NCBI GenBank assembly: GCA_030141605.1
Contig: JAQGDQ010000040.1
Span: 434,001-498,000 of the forward strand
From: Tubiluchus corallicola
Lineage: Eukaryota > Animalia > Priapulida
Length of the DNA stretch: 64,000 nucleotides
Reading direction: 5' to 3'
Below, in pieces: positions 13,656 to 25,943 of the stretch. The position numbers and the translations under genes were made by a program. Under the pieces are notes generated by a model. That model did not search any database. It was not told where the DNA came from and saw only the letters and a list, made by a program, of their open reading frames with translations. Positions within the stretch are counted from its first letter, which is position 1. Each line of letters starts with the position of its first letter.

Positions 13656-13967
13656 CAGGGGCATAGCCAGGTTCTAAAGTTAGGGAAAGCAAGCCCATAA
13701 AAAAGGTGCCATGACACATAAAGCAATTTATGTTTGTCTATGCCACAACAGACAGTATCAGCGTGTGACAAGAACATATTATAAAAAGATATGGAGCAAT
13801 TTGATCATTGGATCAATCAGTCCACCTTGACAAATGAGTTGAGTAAATGCACGCTCAATTTTCAAAAACACGGGAAGCAAGTTGGTCAAATAAAGTAATA
13901 AAGCAGCTTGTTGACCCATTTTGAAAAATGTGCTCGGGGCAGCGATTTCTCCCGTAGCTATGTCACT

Positions 13968-13968
<1 letters not shown>
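13656..13968. mobile_element. hAT-like MITE
   Basis: Ends caggggcatagc...gctatgtcactg; TSD degenerate. Confidence 0.45.

Positions 13969-13970
<2 letters not shown>

Positions 13971-14013
<43 letters not shown>
13971..14013. repeat. (TA)n microsatellite
   Basis: Uninterrupted TA run. Confidence 0.95.
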
Positions 14014-14021
<8 letters not shown>

Positions 14022-15367
14022 CTAATCTCAGATAATTCAAAGCTATTGAGTATATAGTGATTGTTAAACTTGTTTGCGAAATTCCCTGAAAGAAACGCAA
14101 ATACTATGGCTCACATACAAAAACTGAAAATCCAAACTTTTTGAGGTGGATTTCAGAGAAAGCCAGTAGTACGACCAGATCCAAAATTTAACAGCCAAGC
14201 TTGTTACTTTCAAATTTTGCAAATGCAAGTTATCCATATAATAATTAAACCTATTATTCATCATTTCCATTGGTTACTGATTAAGTAAGCTGATAAATGA
14301 AAAATGTTGCTTCATAGAGAGGCGCCACACTGTGTTTTTTGAAAAATGTTTGTGCAAGAACAATGTTGTTGCCTTGGTCAGCATCAACGTTAACAGAACA
14401 GTGCACTTATAAGAAATTAGTTTTGTTTTTTTTGCTGAGGTAGCTATATAATTGCATGCTGCAGAAGCAGGTATCAAAATTTATCTAGTGAAAAAACCAT
14501 CGTCAGGCAGTTAAGTGACACTCACATTTACAGATAGTTCAATTAACAATGACATACATAGAGTTGGCTTACAATTTAATTGTGGAAAACCAGTATGTGT
14601 GTCAGTGTACAAAAATAGTTTTTTTCGATCAAGGCAGGCAATTATAATACATTGAGAGTTAATTGTAGTTACCAGACATGTCTTGATGTTCAATTGCTCC
14701 AAAACACGGTTGACTCCTGCCAAAAGAATCCAGGGACTGCAAAAAGTTTATAAAAACAAAGCTATGAATGGCTATCCACAAAATGATACTCGTGCAAGCT
14801 TAGCGGCTAACTCACGTAAAAGATAAACTCAACATAAACAAAGCTATACAGATTACCACAATTTCAGTTCTACTGTTGACAACTCTTAATTCGATAAACC
14901 TGCAAAATCAAATTATTACAACAATATGTTTTACAATTGCAGGAAACACCATTGATTAAGTTCAAGTGTAATTGAGCTATAAAACCGCATTTTCAAAATA
15001 ATCAAAACCTGTTGTAAAATTACACTTACTCAATAAATAAGAGTTAACTGGTTTGATTTACAAAATGATAAAACTAAAATGAGATTAAAACGAAGGCGTG
15101 ATGGTGAATTCACTTTATCCCAGGATTTATCAAACACAGTTCTAACTTTACATAGTGTTAACAACTCATTCATTTGTATGATTTATTTTGTTCCTTCTTT
15201 CTTGGTGACTAGCTGGGTTTGTGGGCGAAGCTACTAACACTCAAAATTACTTGAACTACTTAATACTCATAAAGGATACTTATTGATGTAATAGCCACAG
15301 TTTTAGCTGAATATCCAGATTTAAATCGATGTGTTTCTAGTGATGTGGGAGATCTCAAGTTTATATA

Positions 15368-16025
15368 CAGTAGTCACCGCTTAATAGACTCACGGTTAAT
15401 AGACTCAATCACTTAATTGACTCAAAAACGCCTGAAACGGGCCGCTTCTAGTCAAATATATATAAAAACTATCGGTAATTGACTCAAATAACTTTGCTTA
15501 ATTGATTTAATATTTTTCCTTCACGTACTTAAAATAAGACATTTGTATGTGCCCAAACAGCCTTTCCTACTTTTATGTAATATTTACTTCCACTTTTGTG
15601 CATTATATATGTAGAAACAATCATGTTAAGTACCGTTTTGTTTGTAAACAGTTAGGTTTATCATGCGCTAATATGCTAGGGTAGCGGTTTTGCTTTAAAT
15701 CTGTTACCCGCTCGCCCACTGCAATTAACCTTGTTACCCAAAGAATTTCTGGAAGCTAAATTTGCCTAGCGGTTTCCTTTTGATGCTCTAGTTGCAAATC
15801 ACGCTTTCAGGCTTAACAAGCTAATAGTCAAAGATGCAGGTACAACAGTAATCAGCCAGTATTCCTTCATTTCAAAAATTGATTAACAGCCTTTGCAGTA
15901 CATAGTAAGTTGATGACTCATACTTCTATAGCAGTAATGCTACACCCATCAGTTAATAGGTTCAATTGGTTAATTGGGTCAAAACACATCGGTCCCAAAG
16001 TGAGTCTATTAAGTGGCGACTAATG
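15368..16025. mobile_element. Tc1/mariner (pogo/Tigger-like) MITE
   Basis: ta|cagtagtcaccgcttaatagactcac ... gtgagtctattaagtggcgactaatg|ta: ~26-bp TIRs, TA TSD and subterminal ttaat(a/t)gactca repeats. Confidence 0.85.
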
Positions 16026-16205
16026 TAGTTGATAGTGACATATGATTCGTGCGCATGCTCGGTCACAATTTACAAAACACATCGTGCAGATCGGTGAGTG
16101 TGACCTATTTTAGTTTTGTGACAACTATTATCTAAACATCTTAACGATACTTTAATGAGTGTCAATCGTTTCACGGAGTGTATTACTTCGCTGATTATCT
16201 AATGA

Positions 16206-17113
16206 TGACTAATTTACAAATGATAATTGATCGAAATTAACTTTACTTCGTTTTAAATAATTGTCAGAATATCAGTGTTACTCAGTTTAGTTTCTAACCA
16301 TCATTTCGGCTCACAGTTGGGGTAATTCCCAAAAGTGCACCATCTATCAGCATCAAACACACTTTTGAAGAAATATGTAGAGCCTCCGATTTTCTGCAAT
16401 CGCGAAAAATGGACGGAATTTGCGGAAATGGCCAACTGAAGTGGAAAAACAGAATTGGTCTGATTTCTGACTTTTCTGCAAATTTAATGCATGCTAGAGA
16501 CAGAATTTTCTTCACTTGTTACTTTCTGGCAGAACTAAGCAGTTTTTTCAGACTTTTGCAGCCTTAATAAAAGTTCTTCCCTGAGTTTTATTTTTTATGC
16601 AACTTGCGTTCCTACTTTCACTTTGTTTTTGCACATGCCACAAGAAATATGGGAAATTCTTTAGCGCGGGCTTGTGCAGAATAGCAGTACATTTGTGGAA
16701 ACGTTTCCCCTGTTCACACAAACACGATCTGACGATGTTATGCGTGTGAGAGCCAGCCAGGTAATTTTCCAACGATTTGTACGAATATGATAATATATAT
16801 TATACGTAACTTTTGTGAGCGAATTAAATGTTGGCATTCTTATTTTATCTTAGCCAAATATAAATACCTGATAAACTACATACTTAATTCATATAACATT
16901 TATTTTTTTTAATTACAGTCTATCACACATCACATAATTTGATAAGTATTAGTTACAGGTGAATTAGTGACTAATTTACAAATGATAATTGATCGAAATT
17001 CATTTTACTTCATTTTAAGTAATTGTCAGCATATCATTGTTACTCGGTTAAGTTTCTAACCATCATCTCGGCTCATGGCTGACATAATTCCCAAAAGTGC
17101 ACCATCTATCAGC
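16206..17113 (+). repeat. ~146-bp direct repeat pair (16206-16352 and 16968-17113)
   Basis: tgactaatttacaaatgataattgatcgaaatt...cccaaaagtgcaccatctatcagca occurs twice with scattered mismatches. Confidence 0.9.
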
Positions 17114-17579
17114 AACTAAACAACTTGGATAGTTAAGATAAATAAAGATGTTCAACAACTTCAACCAAATCTAACTTTAGTAACAGACGAAATTATGCTG
17201 TTAGCTGCAGACATGACTGGGTGGAATACTCTAATCAATGGTGATGCCTCAATGTCTACAACAGATGGAATGAGACTTTGAAAGTACTTTTTGATAGTAG
17301 TGCATTATAACAAAGTTTAGGCAAGGGCTAGAGATACATGCGGAGTTAGACACCACAGTACTAAATAGGTTTTAACAACAAAGGCTGATCTGGAAATTGG
17401 TTTCAGCACCCAAGTCCTACTTAGAAATAGCAAAAATTTAATGAGTTTTTTAATGAGATAATTTATTTGTTATCAAAAATTATCAGCATATCGGGGCATT
17501 GTACCATGAGAAAGCTTTCAAAGACAAAGTAATACGTTGTTTTTACCAAAAAATAAAGCAAGCACGAATACCCCACGAA

Positions 17580-18228
17580 TAGAGATGGACAGATAGCAGA
17601 TTTGCGGTTATGCGGTTGCCGAATCTGCACTAATTTTGCAGATTGCGCATAGTGAATTATGTGTGGATATGCACACTGTGTACGTACGAGATTTTAGCAA
17701 TTGCAGCATGGAAAAGCCACGTATGTAAGGTAAATTTTCAAGTGTTAGCACAAAAAATTTGCCCAATTCCAGTTGGTTAAGCATTCCCTTGCACGTTAAA
17801 AGGCTTGTTGCCATATTACACGCCTTTCATCACTACTTTAATTTAAGATGTTCTCATCATGCTTTTTTGCAGCTGACCGTTGTTTTGTCTAGAAATTCCT
17901 AGATGCAAAATACTGCTTATAATTACTAATATTATCATTTTTTACTGAATCTATTATTGTTTGTGCTGAGATGTGATGGGCATGATATGGCTGAGCGATG
18001 TACTATGCACATCTTGCGGTGTGAGCTGTCGCTGATTGTTTACAAGCAAAATTGTGGTCTGGCTAGCAATTTATTGTTGATTCGCGATTATAACATCTGC
18101 GTCGTAGAAAAAACCCGTTACAGAGCACACATACCAAGCCTAGTTGTTGCCTACATTTTTGCGGATATGTACGGTTGCGGATTTTACGGATGCAAGTAAA
18201 CGAGATAAGTGATAACCGCCCATCTCTG
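17580..18228. mobile_element. hAT-family MITE
   Basis: TIR tagagatgg...ccatctctg; perfect 8-bp TSD cccacgaa (17572-17579, 18229-18236); subterminal tgcgg repeats. Confidence 0.9.
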
Positions 18229-18648
18229 CCCACGAAGTGCGCTTTAAATAAGAACCATCAAAACGCTTTATCCAAACAACTCTCACATTCAATACCTCAT
18301 ACAAAATTATAAATTAAACGTACAAGCTTGCCTTAATAATAAAAAATGTATAATTTATATATCCCGGAAAATAGTCAAAATAGTGAAAATGGCACCTTAA
18401 GTTTAAATTAAAGAAGAAAATTCATCAGAATCACTAATTAATGGATCTTCTAGTTCCGTTTTTAGCAATGCGACAAATCTTCAGTTTGAATTTTAGGCAG
18501 TGATTTTGACCAATTTAATTCGCGACCTGTATGTTACCTTATATTGTTTTGGCAAAGCAATCTTCTGACCAAATCGTATTCGTATCCTCGAAGGAGGCCT
18601 TGTAATTGCAGACACTTTCCAGCCCAGTGCTTGTTCAACCGTCTCTGA

Positions 18649-18653
<5 letters not shown>

Positions 18654-18702
<49 letters not shown>
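18654..18702. repeat. (TA)n microsatellite
   Basis: Uninterrupted TA run. Confidence 0.95.
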
Positions 18703-18706
<4 letters not shown>

Positions 18707-19869
18707 CATTATATATATGAAATAATTACTGAAAAAATAAAAAATTTTCAAGGCTTGATGATCAATGATGAATAATCAGACTTATTCATCACTAAATTTT
18801 ATTGGTGAGAATTAGAGCATAAAATTACAGCACAAAAAATAAAGCAAATTACTTATTTAAATGCAAAATAGCTAAGGATGATAAATTTTGTAGGCATGGT
18901 TGAACAAAATTATTTTTATGGTAATAATTGGTTTTCTCTTTACTACATAATGTGTCCATCATGAAAATGACAGAGAAGTAGAAGATTAATTATTAAAAAT
19001 TTTAGTACTATAAAACGGGGTAAATAGGGATAGTTTTTACATTCAAATTATTGTAACTTTTTTACTAGCTTTTGTCTTTTGAAGGTATTTTTCTTATAAT
19101 AAAAAATAAAAAATTGTACATTGTTTTTTGTTTAAAAACCCCTGTCCCTGTTAACCCCGAATTTTGAGGTGAATAGTGACAGTCTTGTTTTTGGTCCTTG
19201 TACCCATCTTGCATTACATAAGGTGAAAAGGACACAACTTAGGTTTCAAAAAAACGTGTTTTAGAATCTGCTATTTTGACATCTAGAATAAATTTACGAA
19301 GCTTGGTTAGATAGCACTGCTCCTAGCTAGATAACACAATTTGTTACGTATCATCAAACATCAAAATTCGCCTTTCCCTCCAAAATGGCCACATATCTTA
19401 AGTTAAATTAGAACTAAACCCAACATTTTAGCACAGGCTGTAGCTCCCACGATTTGCTCATTGTATTGTGTTGTTTTTGGTGTTGTTTTCTTGTATTATG
19501 CTCCAACAATGAATCATTTATACATGCATGGCTTGCTGTCCCAATTAACCCCATTGTTTATATCAAACTAAAAGAGAATTACTCAAAACAGAAAAAAATT
19601 GTTAGATGTTACTGAAGGTAAGTCACTCAACTGTAAACTACAAAATAACCACATCTGGCCCACTGATTAGGCCTGTACATTAAGAGTTTGGACTACCATT
19701 ATTTTTGGTGTTATTAGTATACTGTCAGTTTACAGTTGCCATGGCAACCAGGAGAAACTTCGCAATGACATAGTGTTCTTGGTAGATAGTACATGCATCA
19801 GGTTTATTTATAAAATTATAATGTACTATATTGCTTATTCTTTCATTGGAGTAGGTGGTGCAATAACTT

Positions 19870-22800
19870 AGCAGAATCTTACTCTTCATGGTGACTGGAG
19901 TAAGAAAACTACATGGGTCAAACAGTGACATGACATGGCTCATGACCATCCATCTCGTCAAAATTAGTGGCACTTCTCTGGCTAACACCTCTTGACATAT
20001 GTCTGTACCTGTTTGTACTTTCCTCTTCCTTTTTGAGAAATTGATCTTCACATGAAATTTGAATTTGTCCACCACTGAGTCCCACACGACTCCCAACACC
20101 CGACCTTCCTCTTCTGAATTTGCAATCACTTTAACTGAAGAGTCTTCTTCTGTAGGTGCTTCAATAGAAAAATGCCAACACTTCACTTTAAAATTCCCTC
20201 TTTTCAAAATATCTTCCACCTCCTTTGCTAGTTTGAGGCCCCTTTCCCTTCCTTCACAAGACTCTAAAATATCATCAACATATGTTGATTCTTTTATGAC
20301 CTTTGCTGCCTGTGGATGTGAGCTTTTGAACATTTCAGCAGACATATACTCTCCCGCCGGACGATATTTACAACAGTAATGACGTATACTCTGGTGCCCT
20401 AGTTTCATCACAATCCCACCAAAGAAATCTGTGTTGATCATTGACATCCATTTCAACTGAGTTGCACATCTTCCAAATGTTCCCTTGAATGGCAAAAGAG
20501 TGCTCTCGAAACCTGCAAAACACGCCAAGCAAATTGTTAAGGTAATTGTCTGGCCCTTTAGCCAAACATGAATTAAGTGAAATGTTACCCTTGGCTTTTC
20601 TACTGCTGTTGAAAACAATTCGCACGGGTGTTGACTGGCTGTTAGGGTAAAGCACAGCTAAGTGGCATAAATAGGAAACTGGCCCTTTCCAGTTATCAAT
20701 CTCGGCTTGACTAAGCTTGCATACAGCACCTCGATAGACCATGTCTTGTATCTGACCTGAATACACAGCACCCCATTCTGCATTTTTTTGCCAAACTTGA
20801 CTCACACGACTGTAAAGCTGACAGAGCTTGTTGATAGTTATCAGGCAACTGCGATCTGTCCACTATCCAAGATACTTCGAAATCCAGACTTGGCGATCTA
20901 GATCGTAGCTGAGTCCTTCACGGATCAAGCATAGCTCACTCTCTTCCCTGAAACTGTAGGTATGCCTGGGAGTGGGACACTTACCACACCGACATGTCCC
21001 ACATTTTGGCACAATCTGACTTCCGAGTGCTTCAGCTGCAAAGAAGGTGTCACAGTTATCTTCTGCACCAACTAAAGATGATGACATAGAATCTCTCGGC
21101 TGCTTTCTCACTAGGCACTCCTGTGGATTGAGCTGTGGATAACTTAAAACTCCAGTACTGAAATTAGAGACATTTACATGAAAAATAGCTTTTTTCCAGC
21201 GTCCATCTGTCTTTCTGGTAGTGTCAAATAGCTCTGGATGAGATCCACCCAAACGCCTACCAAACATATTTTCCATAATGAAAAGATGAGCACCATCTGA
21301 TCGGATTGGTTGAGGTTGCCATCCAGCTTTAAAATTGTCAAGTAAAAGCTCTACTGTATCAGTCGGATGCTTAAGGTCCCCAACTGAAATCCCTGGAACG
21401 ATACGCTTCACCACTGTGCTTCCAGTTATTGAATCCAAGCCGTATGCCTAAAAGGTGTGACGTTGGTTATCTTTATCCATTATCGTGACGTTATACACCC
21501 GAGTTTCCAAAGTTTCCACATGTCCCTGCAATGTCTTAACATCAATTATCTCACTTTCTCCAGGGAACTTATTCTGCTTTGCACAATCATGTGTTATGAA
21601 CATCCCAGAACTTCCTGAATCAAAGAAAGCATTAATTTTACTGCCACGTCTTAGTCCTTGAATCTAGATTTTGTGAAGTAATGTTGTTGAATCAGTACCA
21701 GCACTATACATCACTGTAGCTGATGTAACCTTCTTAGCATACAAACAATTTGAAATAGTTGTTGAATCAACCATTTCAACATTTGATTTTGAAACACTAC
21801 CAGGCTCAGATTGCATCTCTTTGAAGCAGAACATTGTATGGCGACCTCCATTCTGACACTTCTTGCACTTTGCTGTGCCCATGCATACTATTGCCACATG
21901 ACTCCCAAAGCAGATATAACAAGCACCATGCCTCTTTATTACATCTCGTTTTTGATTGACAGTAAAATTTTGGAACTTTTCACAATCCCTGTTTAAATGG
22001 TCAATTACTTCGCATGTGCTGTACTTGAAGTAAGGTCTTCTGTCACCCATCTTCCCGTTTGCTTTACATTCACGAGCAAAATGTTCTTGTGTGCCACATT
22101 TGAAACAGCTTTTTGATTTAGTACCGCCACCAGTCCCAAATGCTTCTGGTTGAATATCCTGATAATGGCTACTGACACTGCCAAATTGCTTTCGTGCAAC
22201 TGCAGTTAAATACTCTATGCGCTCCTTTTCCTTTAACAAAAATGGTAAAAGAAGCTCGAAATGTTCCAGTCTCTCTTCATCACTCTTGCTGATGATGTGC
22301 CTTGCCCATTCATTACGAATATCTTCCGGTAACCTGCATTCAATTTCAGAAAGTACCCTGCATTGCTAATTTCCTGCAACATACTTAATGACTTTTCTAT
22401 CCAGTCGACAAACTTTATGAAACTAACATGATGCTTTCTGTGACTTTCTTTCTATCTCCATATTTCCTTTCAAGGCATTTAATCATTTCAGCGTAGTTGT
22501 CATTACAGGCAGCTACTAGATCCGCTGCCTCTCCACTTAATTTCTCATTCAAGATGGCGGCCCAAAATTCACTGGAATAATGTTTCTCGATAATCTTCTT
22601 CCAATTTGTGATGAACGTCGGCCATTCGCTGTATCCACCATGAAAACCGGGAATGGGTATTGCTTCCAATTTTGCTCTACCAGACGCTTGCTCAGGTCCA
22701 GTGTTGCTTGACATGCCAGATACATGATTGCTTTGTGATGATTGAGAACCAATATAGTTCATTGCTTTGTCATTTATCTCTTTAACAATTGCCTCTACGT

Positions 22801-23400
22801 CATTGAATCTTCTATCTTCTTCCGATAGTCAGCAACCAAGGAAGCATATTTGGTGAGTGATAACCTCACTTTGTCCAACAGTGTCTGAATTTCTAACCGA
22901 CAACTCTCCTGGACCTGAATTGATGTGTCTCCACTCTCAATCCTCCTTTCCTGATTTTCAATATGCCCATGCAATAAATGAATCAGTGTATCAAAATCTA
23001 TCTTGTGCCACTTGATGATTTTCTCCTCTTCTTTTGTTGCTTTAGCTTCATCATCGTTCTCTTTCTTGAGTTCTTCAACTCTCCCGATTCTCCGCTTGTA
23101 GTCCTTATCTCATGCAAGAACGTTGTCTGCTCTTGAATAGTCTTGCTCCATGTATTGAGAAGCCTTGTCTTCACCCACATGCGGCAGTTCTTGTTTGCAT
23201 GCATTTATGAATTCAATGTGGCATGCTTTCAAATAGTTAAGTGCGGCCTCCACAGCATGCACCAGGCGATTAAGTTCTTGCACACTGTCTTCCTCTTCAA
23301 TTAAATCTTGAAGCCTTCTCAGTACCCTTCTCAAGGCTGATTTTGCAACAGTTCTCTTTGTCTTTTTCTATTTTTCATCATTAATTCATGATGAAGTGCT
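19870..23400 (-). mobile_element. Decayed BEL/Pao LTR retrotransposon (gag, protease, RT and partial downstream domain; integrase missing)
   Basis: Gag motif KLEAIPIPGFHGGYSEWPTF; CCHC knuckles; protease AFFDSGS (~21610-21630); RT STPVRIVFNSS..SLNSCLAKGP..STYVDDIL; RVLGVVWD. Many frameshifts and stops; LTRs not confidently delimited. Confidence 0.9.
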
Positions 23401-24009
23401 GAATTTATATTGAAATGTATTGTCCAGTTTGTCTGTCTGCATGTTGTAACCCATAACCTTAATAAAAAATGATGAACACTTTGGTACAGGTTGATTTCCT
23501 TTATTACTGTGCTCAAAAAAAGAAGTGAAGGGAGAATAGAAGGGAGTTGGGCTTCAACATAAATTGCAGTCTGAAATAATAAAAATAAAAAGCAACATTT
23601 AGAACTTAATAATTTACTGTAGGTTTAACACACTGCGACAAAAATTAAATTTAAAGCACTAACCTCAGTTTAGGTAAATCAAAAACCACAAAATATAATT
23701 TGATGCAAACATACCTTAACAAACTACATTATGAAATTTGAAATCTGAACTTTACCAGCAGACTATGAAACCTGAACTACTACTGCCCAACATACAATAG
23801 CCAGGATTCCTGTTACACCACATTAACTCTAGTTGAAACCCAGTAAATGGTATGTAAATAGATAGTACAGTAAACATCTTAAGAAATAGGTAAATTATTT
23901 TTACAGGCAAACTCCCTAAGGTACTACCACTTTCTGCTAAGTCTAAGTCTAAAAAACACTAATTATGGCACAACTGCCTAACAAAATGCACATTATCAAA
24001 TTGTTTCCT

Positions 24010-25050
24010 TAACAATACGATGGGTAGCAGAAAAGAGGAAAGATGTGTGATTAAAGAAAATGATAGCAGGGTGATCAGTGACAATGAACAACTTAAAGAG
24101 ACGTATATGAAATATTATGAACATCTACTTGCAATAGAGGAAGCAGAATCTGATAGAAGCAGAAGAAAAAGTCAATTTGTTACCAAATAATGGAGATAGG
24201 TAAAAAGAGAAAAATAAGGGAAATAACTATAGAAGAGGTGGATGATGTAACAAAATTAAGATAGTTAAATAGTCGAAAGGTGGCCAGGCGGGTGACCATC
24301 AGGGCTCTACTAATGAAATGATAATATATGATCTACTAATGCAAAGATTTTAAAAAAAAGCATAGTAAGAATGTTGACTCGGTTAAGGAATTTGAAATTC
24401 CTGATCGGTGGAAACAACTGAAAATAAAATCGATAAAGAGAGGAGTTAACACACATGATGTTAATCAACAGAGGAGCGATCTTTTTAACAAATACACTGA
24501 TGAAATTATATGAAAACATGTGGAGCAAAGAAATAGAAGGAAGTTGGACAGAAGAATTTAGAAGTGTAAATTAGAAATATGGTATTAGCTATACAATTTG
24601 GACATATAAAGACTCTTAAAAAAAGTCAACCTGGAAAAAACAACTAAAAGAAAATGTAAAAAAATTCATTAAGGTTACTGCACATCACCAGATACACTCA
24701 AAAACTAAGTTAAAGTTCTTAACTTATAAGCACAATAATATAGCTGAGTCAACACCAGAACAGACAAACAGGATTTTAGAGATAAAATTTAATATGCTGC
24801 CTCTAAAATGTAATTATAAGAGTAAGTTCAAAGAAAATCTATAGTGCCCACTACGTGGTAAAGAAGAAGATACGACAGATCATCTATTCAAATGTATGGT
24901 GATAAGAAATGTGCTACTAGCTGCAGAAGTAAATTTTCAAAATCAGATTGTCAAAAAGCCAGAAGTTCCCCACAAACAGCAAAGCAGCTGGTGGAATATT
25001 TTCAAACAGCAAAGGAAACAAGAAAGAGGTGTCGAGCTGGAAATCTAGCA
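24010..25050 (+). pseudogene. Heavily decayed non-LTR retrotransposon ORF2 fragments
   Basis: Remnants resembling KAGD..G.TNEM (~24280-24320) and a C-terminal CPL(C)GKEEDTTDHLFKC zinc-finger motif (24845-24895). Confidence 0.6.
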
Positions 25051-25138
25051 AAAATAATAATAGTTGTAAATGGTTATAAGCATTACGGTTAACTACGTTA
25101 CTTGTGTTTTGCACGGTGACAAATTTGTGCCTATTTAC

Positions 25139-25249
25139 CCAGATAATTATAGCGGGCATCGAGGAAATAGTGATTCAACGAAACAGCCACATCAATGAAA
25201 AGAAGCACGAAAAATCACTGAAATCACCATGGCAGCTATGCGCCAAAAA
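25139..25249 (-). promoter_or_regulatory. Putative IWS1 core promoter and first exon
   Basis: Minus strand reads TTTTTGGCGC (25249-25240), ATTTCAGTG Inr-like (25224-25216) and donor TCTGG|GTAAAT (25139/25138), mirroring the UBR7 5' region. No other gene lies between here and the IWS1 CDS. Confidence 0.45.
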
Positions 25250-25347
25250 CGTACTAATATCATACAAAACAGATACAGTCTGCACAACCTTAGACATGTG
25301 GGACTGTGGTTTCATTAACATTTGTGTGCGTTTTCAGTTAAATAGCG

Positions 25348-25818
25348 TGTTGGGAGCCGTTTGGACCACTGCGCCAAGTAGACCACTTGATGCGCTAAAA
25401 GTAGTGTCCTACATGGGCAGCCCAAGTAGGACACTAGCGATTTTTGTCGAGAAACTTGCTCTGGCAAAACTTGTTTCCAGTTTATATTACCATTGCTTAT
25501 AAGTATTGTTATGACATAATAAAGCATAAAACAAAATTTCTTTTAGAAATGGATATTCCTTGGCAATTTACAAATGCATTTCTTACAATAATTTCATCAT
25601 TATGATTAACTCCATTAATATATCATAACATTAAACCTAGTATCTAATGCTTTAAAGAGAGAAATTCTGCACACAGTTATTACAGAAATAATTGCAAACA
25701 GAAATAATTGTCAGTACACTTAACGACTGAATTCACGACCTGTCTCTAGTGTCCTACTTGGGCAGCCCAAGTAGACCAATTGGTCTACTTGGCGCAGTGG
25801 TCCAAACGGCTCCCAACA
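25348..25818. mobile_element. Non-autonomous TIR element with TGT...ACA ends and 5-bp TSD (Ginger2/TDD-like by termini); copy A, between IWS1 and GFM1
   Basis: Perfect 38-bp TIR tgttgggagccgtttggaccactgcgccaagtagacca (25348-25385 / 25781-25818); TSD TAGCG at 25343-25347 and 25819-25823; internal 35-bp palindrome at 25402-25436. Confidence 0.9.
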
Positions 25819-25943
25819 TAGCGGTTTTTTCTAACTGCTCAGTTTTGTGCAAGAAGGTTTACGGCTCGGAACAGAAGTGAGAATCAGATATTACTGCTAA
25901 TGAAACAACTTTTCACTGCGCTGAGTGTTTTGTTTTCTGCTTT

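Noticed and set aside
19007-19560. cggggtaaataggga / tccc..ttaacccc inverted motifs
   Set aside because: Probably DNA-transposon fragments, but ends and TSD could not be defined.
25104-25527. ORFs of 132 and 70 aa over element A, and 53723-54104 over element B
   Set aside because: They cross element boundaries and show no transposase or other domain motifs.
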